NCBI GenBank assembly: GCA_965219415.1
Contig: OZ244742.1
Coordinates: 544,001-608,000 of the forward strand
Reading direction: 5' to 3'
Length of the DNA: 64,000 nt
DNA from: Candidatus Marinacidobacterales bacterium
GTDB taxonomy: Bacteria > Acidobacteriota > Vicinamibacteria > Marinacidobacterales > DATDRI01
Shown here: in pieces, positions 1-9,923 of the stretch
How positions within the stretch are numbered: the first letter of the stretch is position 1
How the letters are laid out: every line of letters starts with the position of its first letter
Program-made: the position numbers and the translations under genes
The notes under the pieces: model-generated
Seen by the model: only the letters and a program-made list of their open reading frames with translations
Databases searched by the model: none
What the model was told of the DNA's origin: nothing

Positions 1-319
<319 letters not shown>

Positions 320-639
320 GCCGACGCCTTGAGAAGGATCTCGTTCGCCCCCTTTAGCTCACGGTTCTCTCGCTCAAGCTCCTTCAGCCGCTGACCCTCG
401 TCCGTCGTCAGTCCCGCTCGTTTCCCAGCATCACGCTCTGCTCGACGCACCCACGTGCGTAGCGTTTCCCGCGTACAGTCAATCTTCGACGCAATCGATG
501 AGATCGCTGACCACTGAGATTCCTGCTGAACCTGCTGGTCGATAACCATCCCCACTGCGCGCTCTTTTACCTCCGGTGAATACCTCCTTCGTCTTGTCAT
601 GACTCCATCCTCTCAAGAGGTGGAGTCTCCGGGAAACCC

Positions 640-2006
640 GGATCCGTCCCGCTTCCGTGGAAATAAGAATGGCGTAACCTCCGGTTAAGCAAAACGAAAC
701 CGCGCCTGGAAAGGCGAGGAGGAGGATTACGCCATGGAGAAGCCTACCACCATATTGAAGGAGTCTGTAAGCGAGTACCGGGAGTTCGTCCAACTTCGGC
801 TGCGTATGCGGGTACTGGAGGCGATCGAGGTTGTGCTCGAGGAAGAAGTCGACCAAGCGCTGGGGTGTTGTAGCTACGAGCGTGCGGAAGACCGCCGTGG
901 ATATCGCAACGAAGCCGAAACCCGTCGCGTGACGACGTCGGTGGGAACTCGCGAGCTCCGGGTGCCACGAGCCCGCGTGCGAGACGAGGAAACGGGAGAA
1001 ACGACAGAGTTCAGGAGCGAGCTGTTGCCCCGGTACGCGCGCCGGACTCGTGAGGTCGACGAGGCGCTCTTGGGGACGTACTTGTCGGGCGCGAATAGCC
1101 GCCGGGTCCGCAAAGCGCTGAAACCACTGCTCGGTGAGGAGCACCTATCGAAGAGCGCGGTGTCTCGCGTGGTTAGCCGGCTGAAGGAGCGCTTCGAGGA
1201 ATGGCAGAACCGTGCTCTCAGCGAGGAGGTCTACGCGATCGTTTACCTGGACGGCTTCCACCTGAAAGTGCGGATGGCGAAACGTGTGATCAGCGTACCC
1301 GTACTGGCCGCGCTCGGGGTCGCGCCAGACGGGCACAAACGTCTGTTGTCATTGCGTCTGGCGGTGAGCGAAGCCTCGACGCATCGGGGCTCCGTGCTGG
1401 AGGGACTCCAGGCTCGAGGACTCCGGGCTCCCAAGCTAGTGATCAGCGACGGCCACAAGGGGCTGACGAAAGCGCTGGAGAAGTGGCCGGGGTGCCGGTT
1501 GCAGCGATGTACCGAGCACAAGCGCGCCAACTTGCTCCAACATTGCCCGGCGCACGCACGCCGTGAGCTCCGGCGTGACTACAACCGGATCGTCTACGCC
1601 AAGAACGGGATCGATGCTCGCAAAGCCTATGACGAGCTCGTCGCCAAGTGGACGCCTCTCGCGCCGGCCGTCGTCCGAAGCCTAGAGGAGGCCGGTAATC
1701 AGCTGCTGACCTTCTACGAATTCCCTCGTGCCATGTGGAAATCGATTCGAACGACCAAAGCTCTGGAGAATCTCAACCGCGAGTTTCGACGCCGGACGAA
1801 AACCCAAGCGTCGTTCTCCAGCGAGGAGTCTGCGGTCGCTTTGCTGTTTGGGCTTATCGCCTCTGGCCAGATTCAACTACGACGCATCGACGGCTACCAA
1901 CGTCTGAGCGAGGTTCTCGAACACGCAAAGGTCACCGCCTGATATGATACTCTGATGACGGAGTGGAGGGCACCGTTCTTTTTCCACGGACCTCGGGACA
2001 CATCCC
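640..2006 (+). mobile_element. IS256-family insertion sequence
   Basis: Imperfect terminal IRs: GGATCCGTCCCGCTTCCGTGGAAATAAGAA (640) vs reverse complement GGGATGTGTCCCGAGGTCCGTGGAAAAAGAA (ending 2006). No target duplication seen. Confidence 0.85.
734..1942 (+). CDS. IS256-family (Mutator) DDE transposase
   Basis: Motifs RRGYRN, VYLDG, VISDGHKGL, QRCTEHK, IRTTKALENLNREFRRRTK. Confidence 0.95.
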   Translation: MEKPTTILKESVSEYREFVQLRLRMRVLEAIEVVLEEEVDQALGCCSYERAEDRRGYRNEAETRRVTTSVGTRELRVPRARVRDEETGETTEFRSELLPRYARRTREVDEALLGTYLSGANSRRVRKALKPLLGEEHLSKSAVSRVVSRLKERFEEWQNRALSEEVYAIVYLDGFHLKVRMAKRVISVPVLAALGVAPDGHKRLLSLRLAVSEASTHRGSVLEGLQARGLRAPKLVISDGHKGLTKALEKWPGCRLQRCTEHKRANLLQHCPAHARRELRRDYNRIVYAKNGIDARKAYDELVAKWTPLAPAVVRSLEEAGNQLLTFYEFPRAMWKSIRTTKALENLNREFRRRTKTQASFSSEESAVALLFGLIASGQIQLRRIDGYQRLSEVLEHAKVTA

Positions 2007-3031
2007 AGCTGTTACACAGCTGTGGTCTGTTGCGAGGCTCGTTTCGTCCTGGTGAGTCGGTCTGCCGCCTACGCTCGCTTCACCGACAGCGTTGCAGCCT
2101 CATCGAGCAGTGTAGTCGAGCTATTCAATGGATACAGAAATCTCTGGACCAAATGAACGTTCAGGTCCATCGTGCAGTGACCGACATCACCGGCGTCACA
2201 GGCATGCTCATCGTGCGCGCCATCGTTGATGGTGAGCGTGACCCGTCAAAGCTGGCTGCATTTCGTGACCAACGCTGCAAGAAGAGCGAAGAGGAGATCG
2301 CCGAGCATCTTACCGGCACTTGGCGTGACGAGCATCTTTTCAACCTCGCATCGGCTCTGCGTCTCTACGATGCGCTACAAGCCGAAGTCGAACTGTTCGA
2401 CCAGCGTATCCTTGAAGTGCTCATCGAACTCCAGCCGCCACAACGCAGACACCACAACGTGCCAGCTCATCCAAATCCGCAAAAACGATACGACATGCAG
2501 CATCGGGGCGAGAGCGAACTGCGCAACGAGCTGTGGCGTTTTGCTGGATGCGACCTCACCAGGATCGACGGAATCAGTCCAAGTCCAACCACCGCCGCCA
2601 TTGTCCTCACCGAGATCGGATTCGACCTCTCTGATTTCCCTTTCGAAAAATTCTTCGTCTCATGGCTACATCTCGCCCCACGTCGCCCTATCTCCGGCGG
2701 TAAACAACTCTCCAAACGCCGCAACGGCGCCGGCTCCAATCGCATCGCCGGTGCCTTACGTATGGCCGCTGTATCTCTCTCCCGCTCCAAGACCGCCCTA
2801 GGCGCTTACTATCGCCGCACTGCTCGCCGTAAAGATGGCAAAACCGCCGTCTTTGCTACAGCACGCAAGCTCGCCCAGCTCGTCTTCCGCATGCTCAAAT
2901 ATGGCCACGATTACATCGATATCGGCGAACGTGCCTTCGAAGACCGTTTTCGCCAAAACCACATCAACGGTTTACAAAAGGCAGCCGAAGCTCTCGGATA
3001 CACCCTCACTCCCCAGGCTTCCGGAGGGTAG
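2007..3031 (+). pseudogene. IS110-family recombinase, N-terminally truncated by IS256
   Basis: QLLHSCGLLRGSFRP, DITGVTG, DLTRIDGIS, FVSWLHLAP...ISGGK, AVFATARKLA. The N-terminal RuvC-like part is absent; the first codons of the ORF call lie in the IS256 IR. Confidence 0.88.
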
Positions 3032-3169
3032 TTTCGGGTCAGGTCGTCGCGAAGTCCCGTTACATCCCCTCAGAGGCCGCGAAGTTGCGTCAGCGCCGCT
3101 TGGGCGGTGTTCCGATGGGAAGGGAGGCGGCACCGACGTCGGGGCTCGGTGGAAAAGCTCTGGAAAACT

Positions 3170-3300
3170 TGTGCATAACGTGTGTGATCGTTGTGAAAAT
3201 CCCACACCCCCTATATGTTGGGGGTGGAGCCTATAAATACCCCAAAAAATGGTTGACAAAGCCTCCAAATGCCCCGACAATACGCCCCGACATTTGGAGG
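3170..3300 (+). promoter_or_regulatory. Sigma70-type promoter with a DnaA-box match and NrdR-box-like palindromes
   Basis: TGTGCATAA at 3170-3178 (reverse complement TTATGCACA); CCCCTATATGTTGGGG at ~3208-3223; TTGACA 3253-3258, 17 bp spacer, GACAAT 3276-3281. Confidence 0.5.
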
Positions 3301-3528
3301 TTTAGGTTGGGACGAAAGGGCATTCTCTGGGTTCTAAAGCCTTTTTGAAAGGCTTCTGGGATCATCCCCTCACACGGGGTGAGGCTTCCGTCTCACCTTC
3401 CGCATTACGTTTCGCCCAAATTCTCCCCCCCGTCAAAGGTTGGTTTTCTCGCTCTTGCGCCGAATAAAAGTGGAATAGAGGACCCGCCTGCCCGGTAACC
3501 CCTCCGACACTGCAGGAGGAGGGATACC

Positions 3529-6082
3529 ATGAACCCGTTTTCAAACTCAGTCCTGGCCGGCTTCGTACTTTTTTCCGCCGCCTGTATCGGAGCGGAAGCC
3601 GAACCTACTTCTCGACCTGCCTCTGGCCCAGCCGGTTTCGAACCGACCCCGGCCACTTTATCCGACCGAGGCAAGATCTCGAGCGGCGACTTGAGGGTCA
3701 TGGATGACGACCTGGGGGTGCGGAGCTTCCCGCTCAAACAGACCAACGTTCGCGCCGAGATCGTCGAAACGTAGCCCGAGTCGAAGTCACTCAGAGCTTC
3801 CACAACCCTTACGACAAGAAAATCGAGGCAGTCTACGTGTTCCCCCTCCCCAACCGAGCCGCGGTGGACGATATGACGATCGTGGTCGGGGAGAGAACCA
3901 TTCGTGGCGTCATCAAGAACCGCGACGAGGCTCGCCAAATTTATGAGGCGGCGCGAAAAGCAGGGCATGTCGCCGCCCTGCTGGATCAAGAGCGACCGAA
4001 CATCTTCACCCAATCGGTCGCCAACATTCTCCCGGGCAATCAAGTGGAAGTGAAGATCCGCTACGTCGAGGCACTCCCCTATGAATCGAGCTCCTACGAG
4101 TTCTCGTTCCCGATGGTCGTCGGACCGCGGTTTATACCGGGCGCAGCAACGTCATCCGGCAACCGGGGGTGGGCCCCGAACACCTCGGACGTGCCGGACG
4201 CCTCACGTATCACGCCACCGGTTCTCAAACCGGGCCAGCGCTCGGGGCATAATATTTCGGTAAAGGTGACGCTCAACGCCGGCACGAAGCTGCAGCAGCT
4301 AATGTCCCCTTCCCACGACATCGACATCCAGCGAAAGGGTCGGAAGCGCTCATCGAGCTGAAGCAGGAAGACTCCATTCCCAACAAGGACTTCGTGCTCC
4401 GCTACCAAGTCGATGGGAATGCTCCGAACGTGGTGCTCCTCCCCCACCGGACGAAGGGCAGCGGTTACTTCTTGATGCTCATCCAACCGGAGGAGCGGCC
4501 AGCCGACACGAAGATCACACCCAGGGAGATGATCTTCGTTGTGGACGGCTCGGGCTCGATGCGTGGATTCCCCATGGACAAGGTCAAGGAAGCCATGCGG
4601 CACTCGCTCAAGAACTTGAACCCGCAGGACACGTTCCAGATCGTCCGCTTCTCCAACCGGGCGGAGACCTTTGCCCCCCTACCGGTGCCGGCGACCCGCG
4701 AGAACGTCCAGCGCGGGCTGGGTTATGTCGAGGGCCTTTCCGGTCGCGGCGGCACGATCATGTTGGAGGGGGTCAAGACCGCCCTCAACTACACCGATGA
4801 CCCCACGCGGCTCCGCATCATCTCGTTCATGACCGATGGATACATCGGAAACGAAAACCAGGTCCTCGCTTACCTCGAACAGAATCTCGGCCGCGCGCGG
4901 CTCTTCTCGTTTGGCGTCGGGAGCTCGGTGAACCGCTTCCTGTTGGACAAGATGGCGGACTTCGGAAGAGGTGCGGTGGAGTACGTGCTCCCGAATGACG
5001 ACGCCGAGGCGCCGGTCAAGAGATTCTACGAGCGCATCCGGGATCCATATCTCACCGACATCGAGATCGACTGGAACGGGCTCGAGGTCACGGACATTTA
5101 TCCCGAACGGATTCCCGACCTCTTCTTGGGCCAACCCGTGGTCGTACATGGCCGCTACACAGAGGCGGGCCACGCCTCGATTACGCTTCACGCGCGACTG
5201 GGTGGCAAGCCCTATCAACAGAAGATCAAGGTCGACCTTCCCAATCGACGCAAGCGAGGAACGGCTATCGGTACTCTGTGGGCACGGGCTCGCATCGAGG
5301 ATCTTTCCGACCAGCACATCGTGCATCCTCGACCGGAGCTCGTCGAGGAGATCACCAAAGTCGCGCTCGCTCATCGTCTGGTTTCTGCCTACACGTCTTT
5401 TGTCGCGGTCGAGAAACAGCTCGTGACCGGCTCCGAGCAACCGGTCCTGGTGGAAGTACCGGTGGAAATGCCAGCCGGGGTCAGCTACGAGGGCGTCTTT
5501 GGAGGCGAAATGGAACTGGAACAAACCGCCAAGCGCCGTGTGGCAGGGAAACTATCCAGTCCCATGATCCTCGCCTCCCCGGCGGCCCCTAGCGAGCCAG
5601 TCGCCCAATCGGCGGAATCCGCGGTCAGGAGCGTTACAACTCGCCCGCGGGAGAACCAGCGCCAGGAAGAACGAGACCGATTCTCCCTCGACGACAAGGG
5701 CGAGGAGCAAGCCGTTGTGGCCTGCCGCATCGAGGCGGCCCGCACGAGCTACCGCGTCGGCGAACCGATCGAGATCCTGGTCACCATCGCCAACCTCACC
5801 GGCCAAACGGTCCAAGTTCCCGCGGCGCTTTCTGCCATCGACGGGACGGCACGATTCCAAGTCTTGGACACGAATTGGAAGCCCTTCCAGCACCCGACAC
5901 CGAATGCCGTTACACCGAAATCGATCCCCCTTCAGCCCGGCGCGAAGGTGACTCTGCGCATGGTTCTGAACGCCGCCGGTGGATACCAACTGAGCCTACC
6001 CGGGACGTACCACATCGTGCTGCTCGGCGCAGCGATCGGCCTACCCAATTCCAACACACTCACGATTCGCGTCGTTCTTTGA
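3529..6082 (+). CDS. Secreted VIT + von Willebrand A domain protein (inter-alpha-trypsin inhibitor-like); two apparent frameshifts (~3770, ~4348)
   Basis: Signal peptide; VIT motifs (IEAVYVFPLP, ARQIYEAARKAG, RPNIFTQSVANI); MIDAS DGSGS...TDG; LWARARI; LVSAYTSFVAVE; extra C-terminal Ig-like domain. Confidence 0.85.
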
Positions 6083-6206
6083 CGCGGAGAAGGGGATCCC
6101 GGCCGCGCCCAACGGCCAGGGGTCCTCTTCGTTTTTCCCAACTCTTTCCCACGGCGTTGGTGTGCGCGAGCCAAGGAAAATATAATGTCTGCGAAAGGAC
6201 GACTGA

Positions 6207-8234
6207 GTGTATTCAATTCAACCCGCTCAACTGAAACCCGGCGTCACAGCGGACGGCCTCCCGTCCTCGAGCCAGCCCACGACCGAGGGCGGTCGAGCCC
6301 TCATCCAGGGAAAAACTCTCATCTTCTGGGATCCCAAGCGACCGGGCGAGAAGCTCGACGCCATCGATACCGACCAAATCACTCCCGCCAAGGACTGTGT
6401 ATCGGAGAGTCTCGACAAGCTGGACGAAAAATGGAAGGTGGGAACGTTCCGTTACTTGATGCCGGATTTCCGCAAGAGGGTGCACGCCGGCGAGACGTTC
6501 GTCATTGCCGGGGATCGCTTCGCGATCGGCTCTTCGCGGGAGATGAGCCCCGCCGGACTCAAGGCCGTCGCCGAGGAAGTCGGGCTAGAGCTCGTCGTGG
6601 TCTGCGGAAACAACCTGGGCGACATCTTCCGTCGCAACGCGTTGAACCTGGGGCTGCGGGTGGTCCAATCCCCAGAGGCCGTCGCAGACGCGCAAGACAA
6701 CGATATCTTCGGCTTCAATCCCACGACACGCACTCTCACCAACGAGACACAACAGCGAACGTACGAGCCGCTTCCACTGACTCCAAAGGAAGACGAGATC
6801 CGCCGGAGCGGCGGCATCTTCTCCGTGGGCCGACGTGAGTTTCGACACTCGGTAGAGCAGCCTCCGGTGATCGAGTGGCCCGATGCCGACACCGCGCGCC
6901 GACTGACTACGACCGAGCAAATCGTCTGGGCGCATCGCGTGGACAAGAACGCCGAGGTCCGCCCGGGAGCCACCTTGCGGGTCTATGCCGATCTGCTCCC
7001 GGCGTCGGACGGAACCGCCCCCTTCGCCATCCACACGTTCAATCAGATCACGGGTGGCAACACGATCTATCCGCGCCTGGCCGCCATCGCCAACGACCAT
7101 TTCGTCTTCACCGGCAAAGACTCCGACGAAAAACAAACGTCCATCGGCCGCGCCTTCGCCAAGATGCATGAGATGGAAAAGCCCTACTATGCCACCCCCG
7201 GTGACGGCATCTTTCATTTCTACTTCCCCGAGCAGGGATTGATTCTGCCCGGACAGTTCATCCCTGGAGCCGACTCACATAGCCGCGCTTACGGAGCCTA
7301 CGGCGCGGTTGGGATCGGGGTGGGTTCGACAACCCTGGGGTTCGGTTGGTCGACCGGCTACGTCTACTTCACACTCGCCAAGGCACGACGTGTCGTCTTC
7401 ACCGGCGAGCTACAGCCTTGGGTCAGCGGCAAGGACATCGTGCTCAAGCTTCTCGAACGCTGGGGCGCGGGGCAGTCGCAGGGCATGTCGGTCGAGTTCG
7501 TAGACAGGGACCGGCAATTTCCCATCGCCTACCGCAACACCATCGCCAACATGATGGCGGAAGGCGAGGCACAAAACGGTATCTTCGCGGCCGACGACAC
7601 CACGCTAGCCTGGTATCGCGAAAAAGGGCTCGAGCTCCCTTACCCCCCTATCCAGCCCGGGACCGATGCGGCCTACGAGATCGACGAGGAGCTCGACCTA
7701 TCGGAGGTCAGGCCTATGATCGCCAAGCCCTTCAGCCCGGGCAATGCGTTTCCGGCCGACGAAGTCGCGAAGGAACGGCTTTCCTTCGACAAGGCCTATA
7801 TCGGCTCGTGCACCAACGGCAGCTACCAAGATCTGCTTCAGGCCGCGCTCGTGATCCGGGCGGCACGCGAGACGGGACACAAAGAGGCCGCCAGGGACTT
7901 CGTGATCTTTCCTGGCTCGGGGGGAGTGAGGAAGCTCATCGAGAACCCCGAGCCGCGTCTAGACGGGGAGTCCATTGCGGATGTCTTGCGTTCGGTGGGA
8001 GGGCAGATCCGAGATTCCTGGTGCGGGCCCTGCTTCGGTCAAGGCCCCGACGCGCTGCAGTCGGGTGAGCGCGCCATTACCTCCTTCAATCGTAACTGGC
8101 AAAACCGCATGGGATTCGGTGGCGAGGGATTTCTCGCAAGCCCCGCCGTGGTAGTCTCCTCCGCACTTCTCGGGTACATGGCCCCACCGAGCGAGTTGCA
8201 GCTCTCGTGGAAGCCCGAGCTCTACGGCCTATAG
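6207..8234 (+). CDS. Aconitase-superfamily dehydratase, fused LeuD-like swivel (N-term) + LeuC-like large domain
   Basis: IDTDQITP and GSSRE (small-subunit motifs) precede GIFH, GADSHS, IGSCTNG, CGPCFG and SFNRNW (large-subunit motifs, three [4Fe-4S] Cys). Confidence 0.9.
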   Translation: MYSIQPAQLKPGVTADGLPSSSQPTTEGGRALIQGKTLIFWDPKRPGEKLDAIDTDQITPAKDCVSESLDKLDEKWKVGTFRYLMPDFRKRVHAGETFVIAGDRFAIGSSREMSPAGLKAVAEEVGLELVVVCGNNLGDIFRRNALNLGLRVVQSPEAVADAQDNDIFGFNPTTRTLTNETQQRTYEPLPLTPKEDEIRRSGGIFSVGRREFRHSVEQPPVIEWPDADTARRLTTTEQIVWAHRVDKNAEVRPGATLRVYADLLPASDGTAPFAIHTFNQITGGNTIYPRLAAIANDHFVFTGKDSDEKQTSIGRAFAKMHEMEKPYYATPGDGIFHFYFPEQGLILPGQFIPGADSHSRAYGAYGAVGIGVGSTTLGFGWSTGYVYFTLAKARRVVFTGELQPWVSGKDIVLKLLERWGAGQSQGMSVEFVDRDRQFPIAYRNTIANMMAEGEAQNGIFAADDTTLAWYREKGLELPYPPIQPGTDAAYEIDEELDLSEVRPMIAKPFSPGNAFPADEVAKERLSFDKAYIGSCTNGSYQDLLQAALVIRAARETGHKEAARDFVIFPGSGGVRKLIENPEPRLDGESIADVLRSVGGQIRDSWCGPCFGQGPDALQSGERAITSFNRNWQNRMGFGGEGFLASPAVVVSSALLGYMAPPSELQLSWKPELYGL

Positions 8235-8268
8235 CTCGCCGTAGCGACACAGGACGGAAAGAATCAAA

Positions 8269-9906
8269 ATGAAGACGTTGAGACCTGCCGATTACCAACC
8301 GAAACTACCGATCGATAAACTGATCCTCGAAGAAGCCCCGGGCGACGAAGCCGTTCCCATGGACGTCGTCTTTGTAGGCGGCGGGCCCGCGGGATTGGCG
8401 GGCGCCATCGAACTGGCACGCCTGGCCAAGAAGGACGACACCGAGCTCGAGATCGGCATTATGGAAAAAGCCGAACGGCTCGGCGATCACTGTTTGTCGG
8501 GCGCGGTCGTCGACCCGATCGCCTTCCGCGAGCTTTACCCCGAGCTCGAAGACAAGGATTTTCCCTTTCGCACTCCGGTCGAGAAGGAACGCGTCTATTT
8601 AATGACCCAAAATGGGCAGTTTCGGCTACCCACGCCGCCAACCATGCAGAACCATGGCTTCTACGTCGCCTCGCTCTGCGAGATCACGCGCTGGCTGGGA
8701 GAGAAGGCCGAGGAGCTCGGGATCAATGTCTTCACCGGTTTCCCGGTCGATTCCCTGCTCGTCGAGGGCAAGGGCGTTCGCGGAGTTCGTACCACTCCGG
8801 GCGGCCTCAACAAAGATGGCCAACCGGGCGGCGCCTATGTCCCGCCCACCGACGTAACTGCCCGCGTCACCGTGCTTTCGGAAGGAACGCGCGGCCCCCT
8901 GACCCAGGCTTACTTGAGCTGGCAACAAATCGGCGCACCGAATCCACAAATCTTCGGTCTCGGCGTCAAGGAGCTTTGGGAGGTCAAGCGCCCTTTGGAT
9001 GCTGTCGTCCATACGCTCGGCTGGCCACTTCCCCTGGACGCGTTCGGGGGCAGCTTCTTCTACCCGATGGCGGAAAACTTAGTCGCGCTAGGCATCGTCG
9101 TGGGACTCGACTATCGGCAGCACTCGCTCGACGTGCACGAGCTCTTGCAGAGACTGAAGTCCCATCCGCTTTTTCGTCCCTACCTGGAAGGTGGGGAAAT
9201 GCTGGAGTGGGGAGCCAAAACCATGCCCGAGGGCGGGTACTATTCGCTCCCGGATCGCTTTCATGGGGACGGCCTCTTGATGGCGGGAGACGCAGCCGGA
9301 TTCGTCGACGTACCGTCGTTGAAAGGCATTCATTACGCGATGATGTCGGGCATCTTGGCGGCACGGACCATCTTCAAGGCCTTGAAGGCTGACGATACGT
9401 CGGCGAAGGCGCTCGGCGGATTCGACGCCGCGGTCAAAGACAGCTTCATCTATCGCGATCTTTACCGCAGGCGGAACATGCGGCTGACCTTCAAATCCGG
9501 TTTCTATACTGGAGGGGTCAAGGCGGGCCTAATGACCGTCACCAAGGGTGCCTTTCCTGGACGTAAGATCGACATCGAGGAAGACGCGGCCGAACCGAAG
9601 GAGGTGGTTCCCACTTCCGAAACCAAACCGGACGGCAAGCTTACCTTCACCAAGCTGGACGGCGTCTTCCGGTCCGGCAACAACACGCGCGACGACATGC
9701 CTTCGCATCTCGACGTGACTCCCGACGTGCCCCCCGACGTCGCCGAGCTCTACGAGCACATGTGTCCCGCATCGGTCTACGAGCGCCAGGACGGCAAGCT
9801 GGTCGTCAACCCCGCCAACTGCGTCGATTGCAAGACGACGGACGTGCTGGGGGCCCGCTGGGCGCCGCGCGAGGGCGGCGCCGGCACCAAGTACAACCGC
9901 ATGTAG
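8269..9906 (+). CDS. Electron-transfer flavoprotein:quinone oxidoreductase (ETF-QO/FixC-like with C-terminal ferredoxin-like domain)
   Basis: DVVFVGGGPAGL FAD motif, LSGAV, GLGVKELW, GAKTMPEGGY, GDAAGFV...KGIHYAM, CPASVY...NCVDCK. Confidence 0.93.
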   Translation: MKTLRPADYQPKLPIDKLILEEAPGDEAVPMDVVFVGGGPAGLAGAIELARLAKKDDTELEIGIMEKAERLGDHCLSGAVVDPIAFRELYPELEDKDFPFRTPVEKERVYLMTQNGQFRLPTPPTMQNHGFYVASLCEITRWLGEKAEELGINVFTGFPVDSLLVEGKGVRGVRTTPGGLNKDGQPGGAYVPPTDVTARVTVLSEGTRGPLTQAYLSWQQIGAPNPQIFGLGVKELWEVKRPLDAVVHTLGWPLPLDAFGGSFFYPMAENLVALGIVVGLDYRQHSLDVHELLQRLKSHPLFRPYLEGGEMLEWGAKTMPEGGYYSLPDRFHGDGLLMAGDAAGFVDVPSLKGIHYAMMSGILAARTIFKALKADDTSAKALGGFDAAVKDSFIYRDLYRRRNMRLTFKSGFYTGGVKAGLMTVTKGAFPGRKIDIEEDAAEPKEVVPTSETKPDGKLTFTKLDGVFRSGNNTRDDMPSHLDVTPDVPPDVAELYEHMCPASVYERQDGKLVVNPANCVDCKTTDVLGARWAPREGGAGTKYNRM

Positions 9907-9923
9907 CGGGCGGAAAGCCCCTA

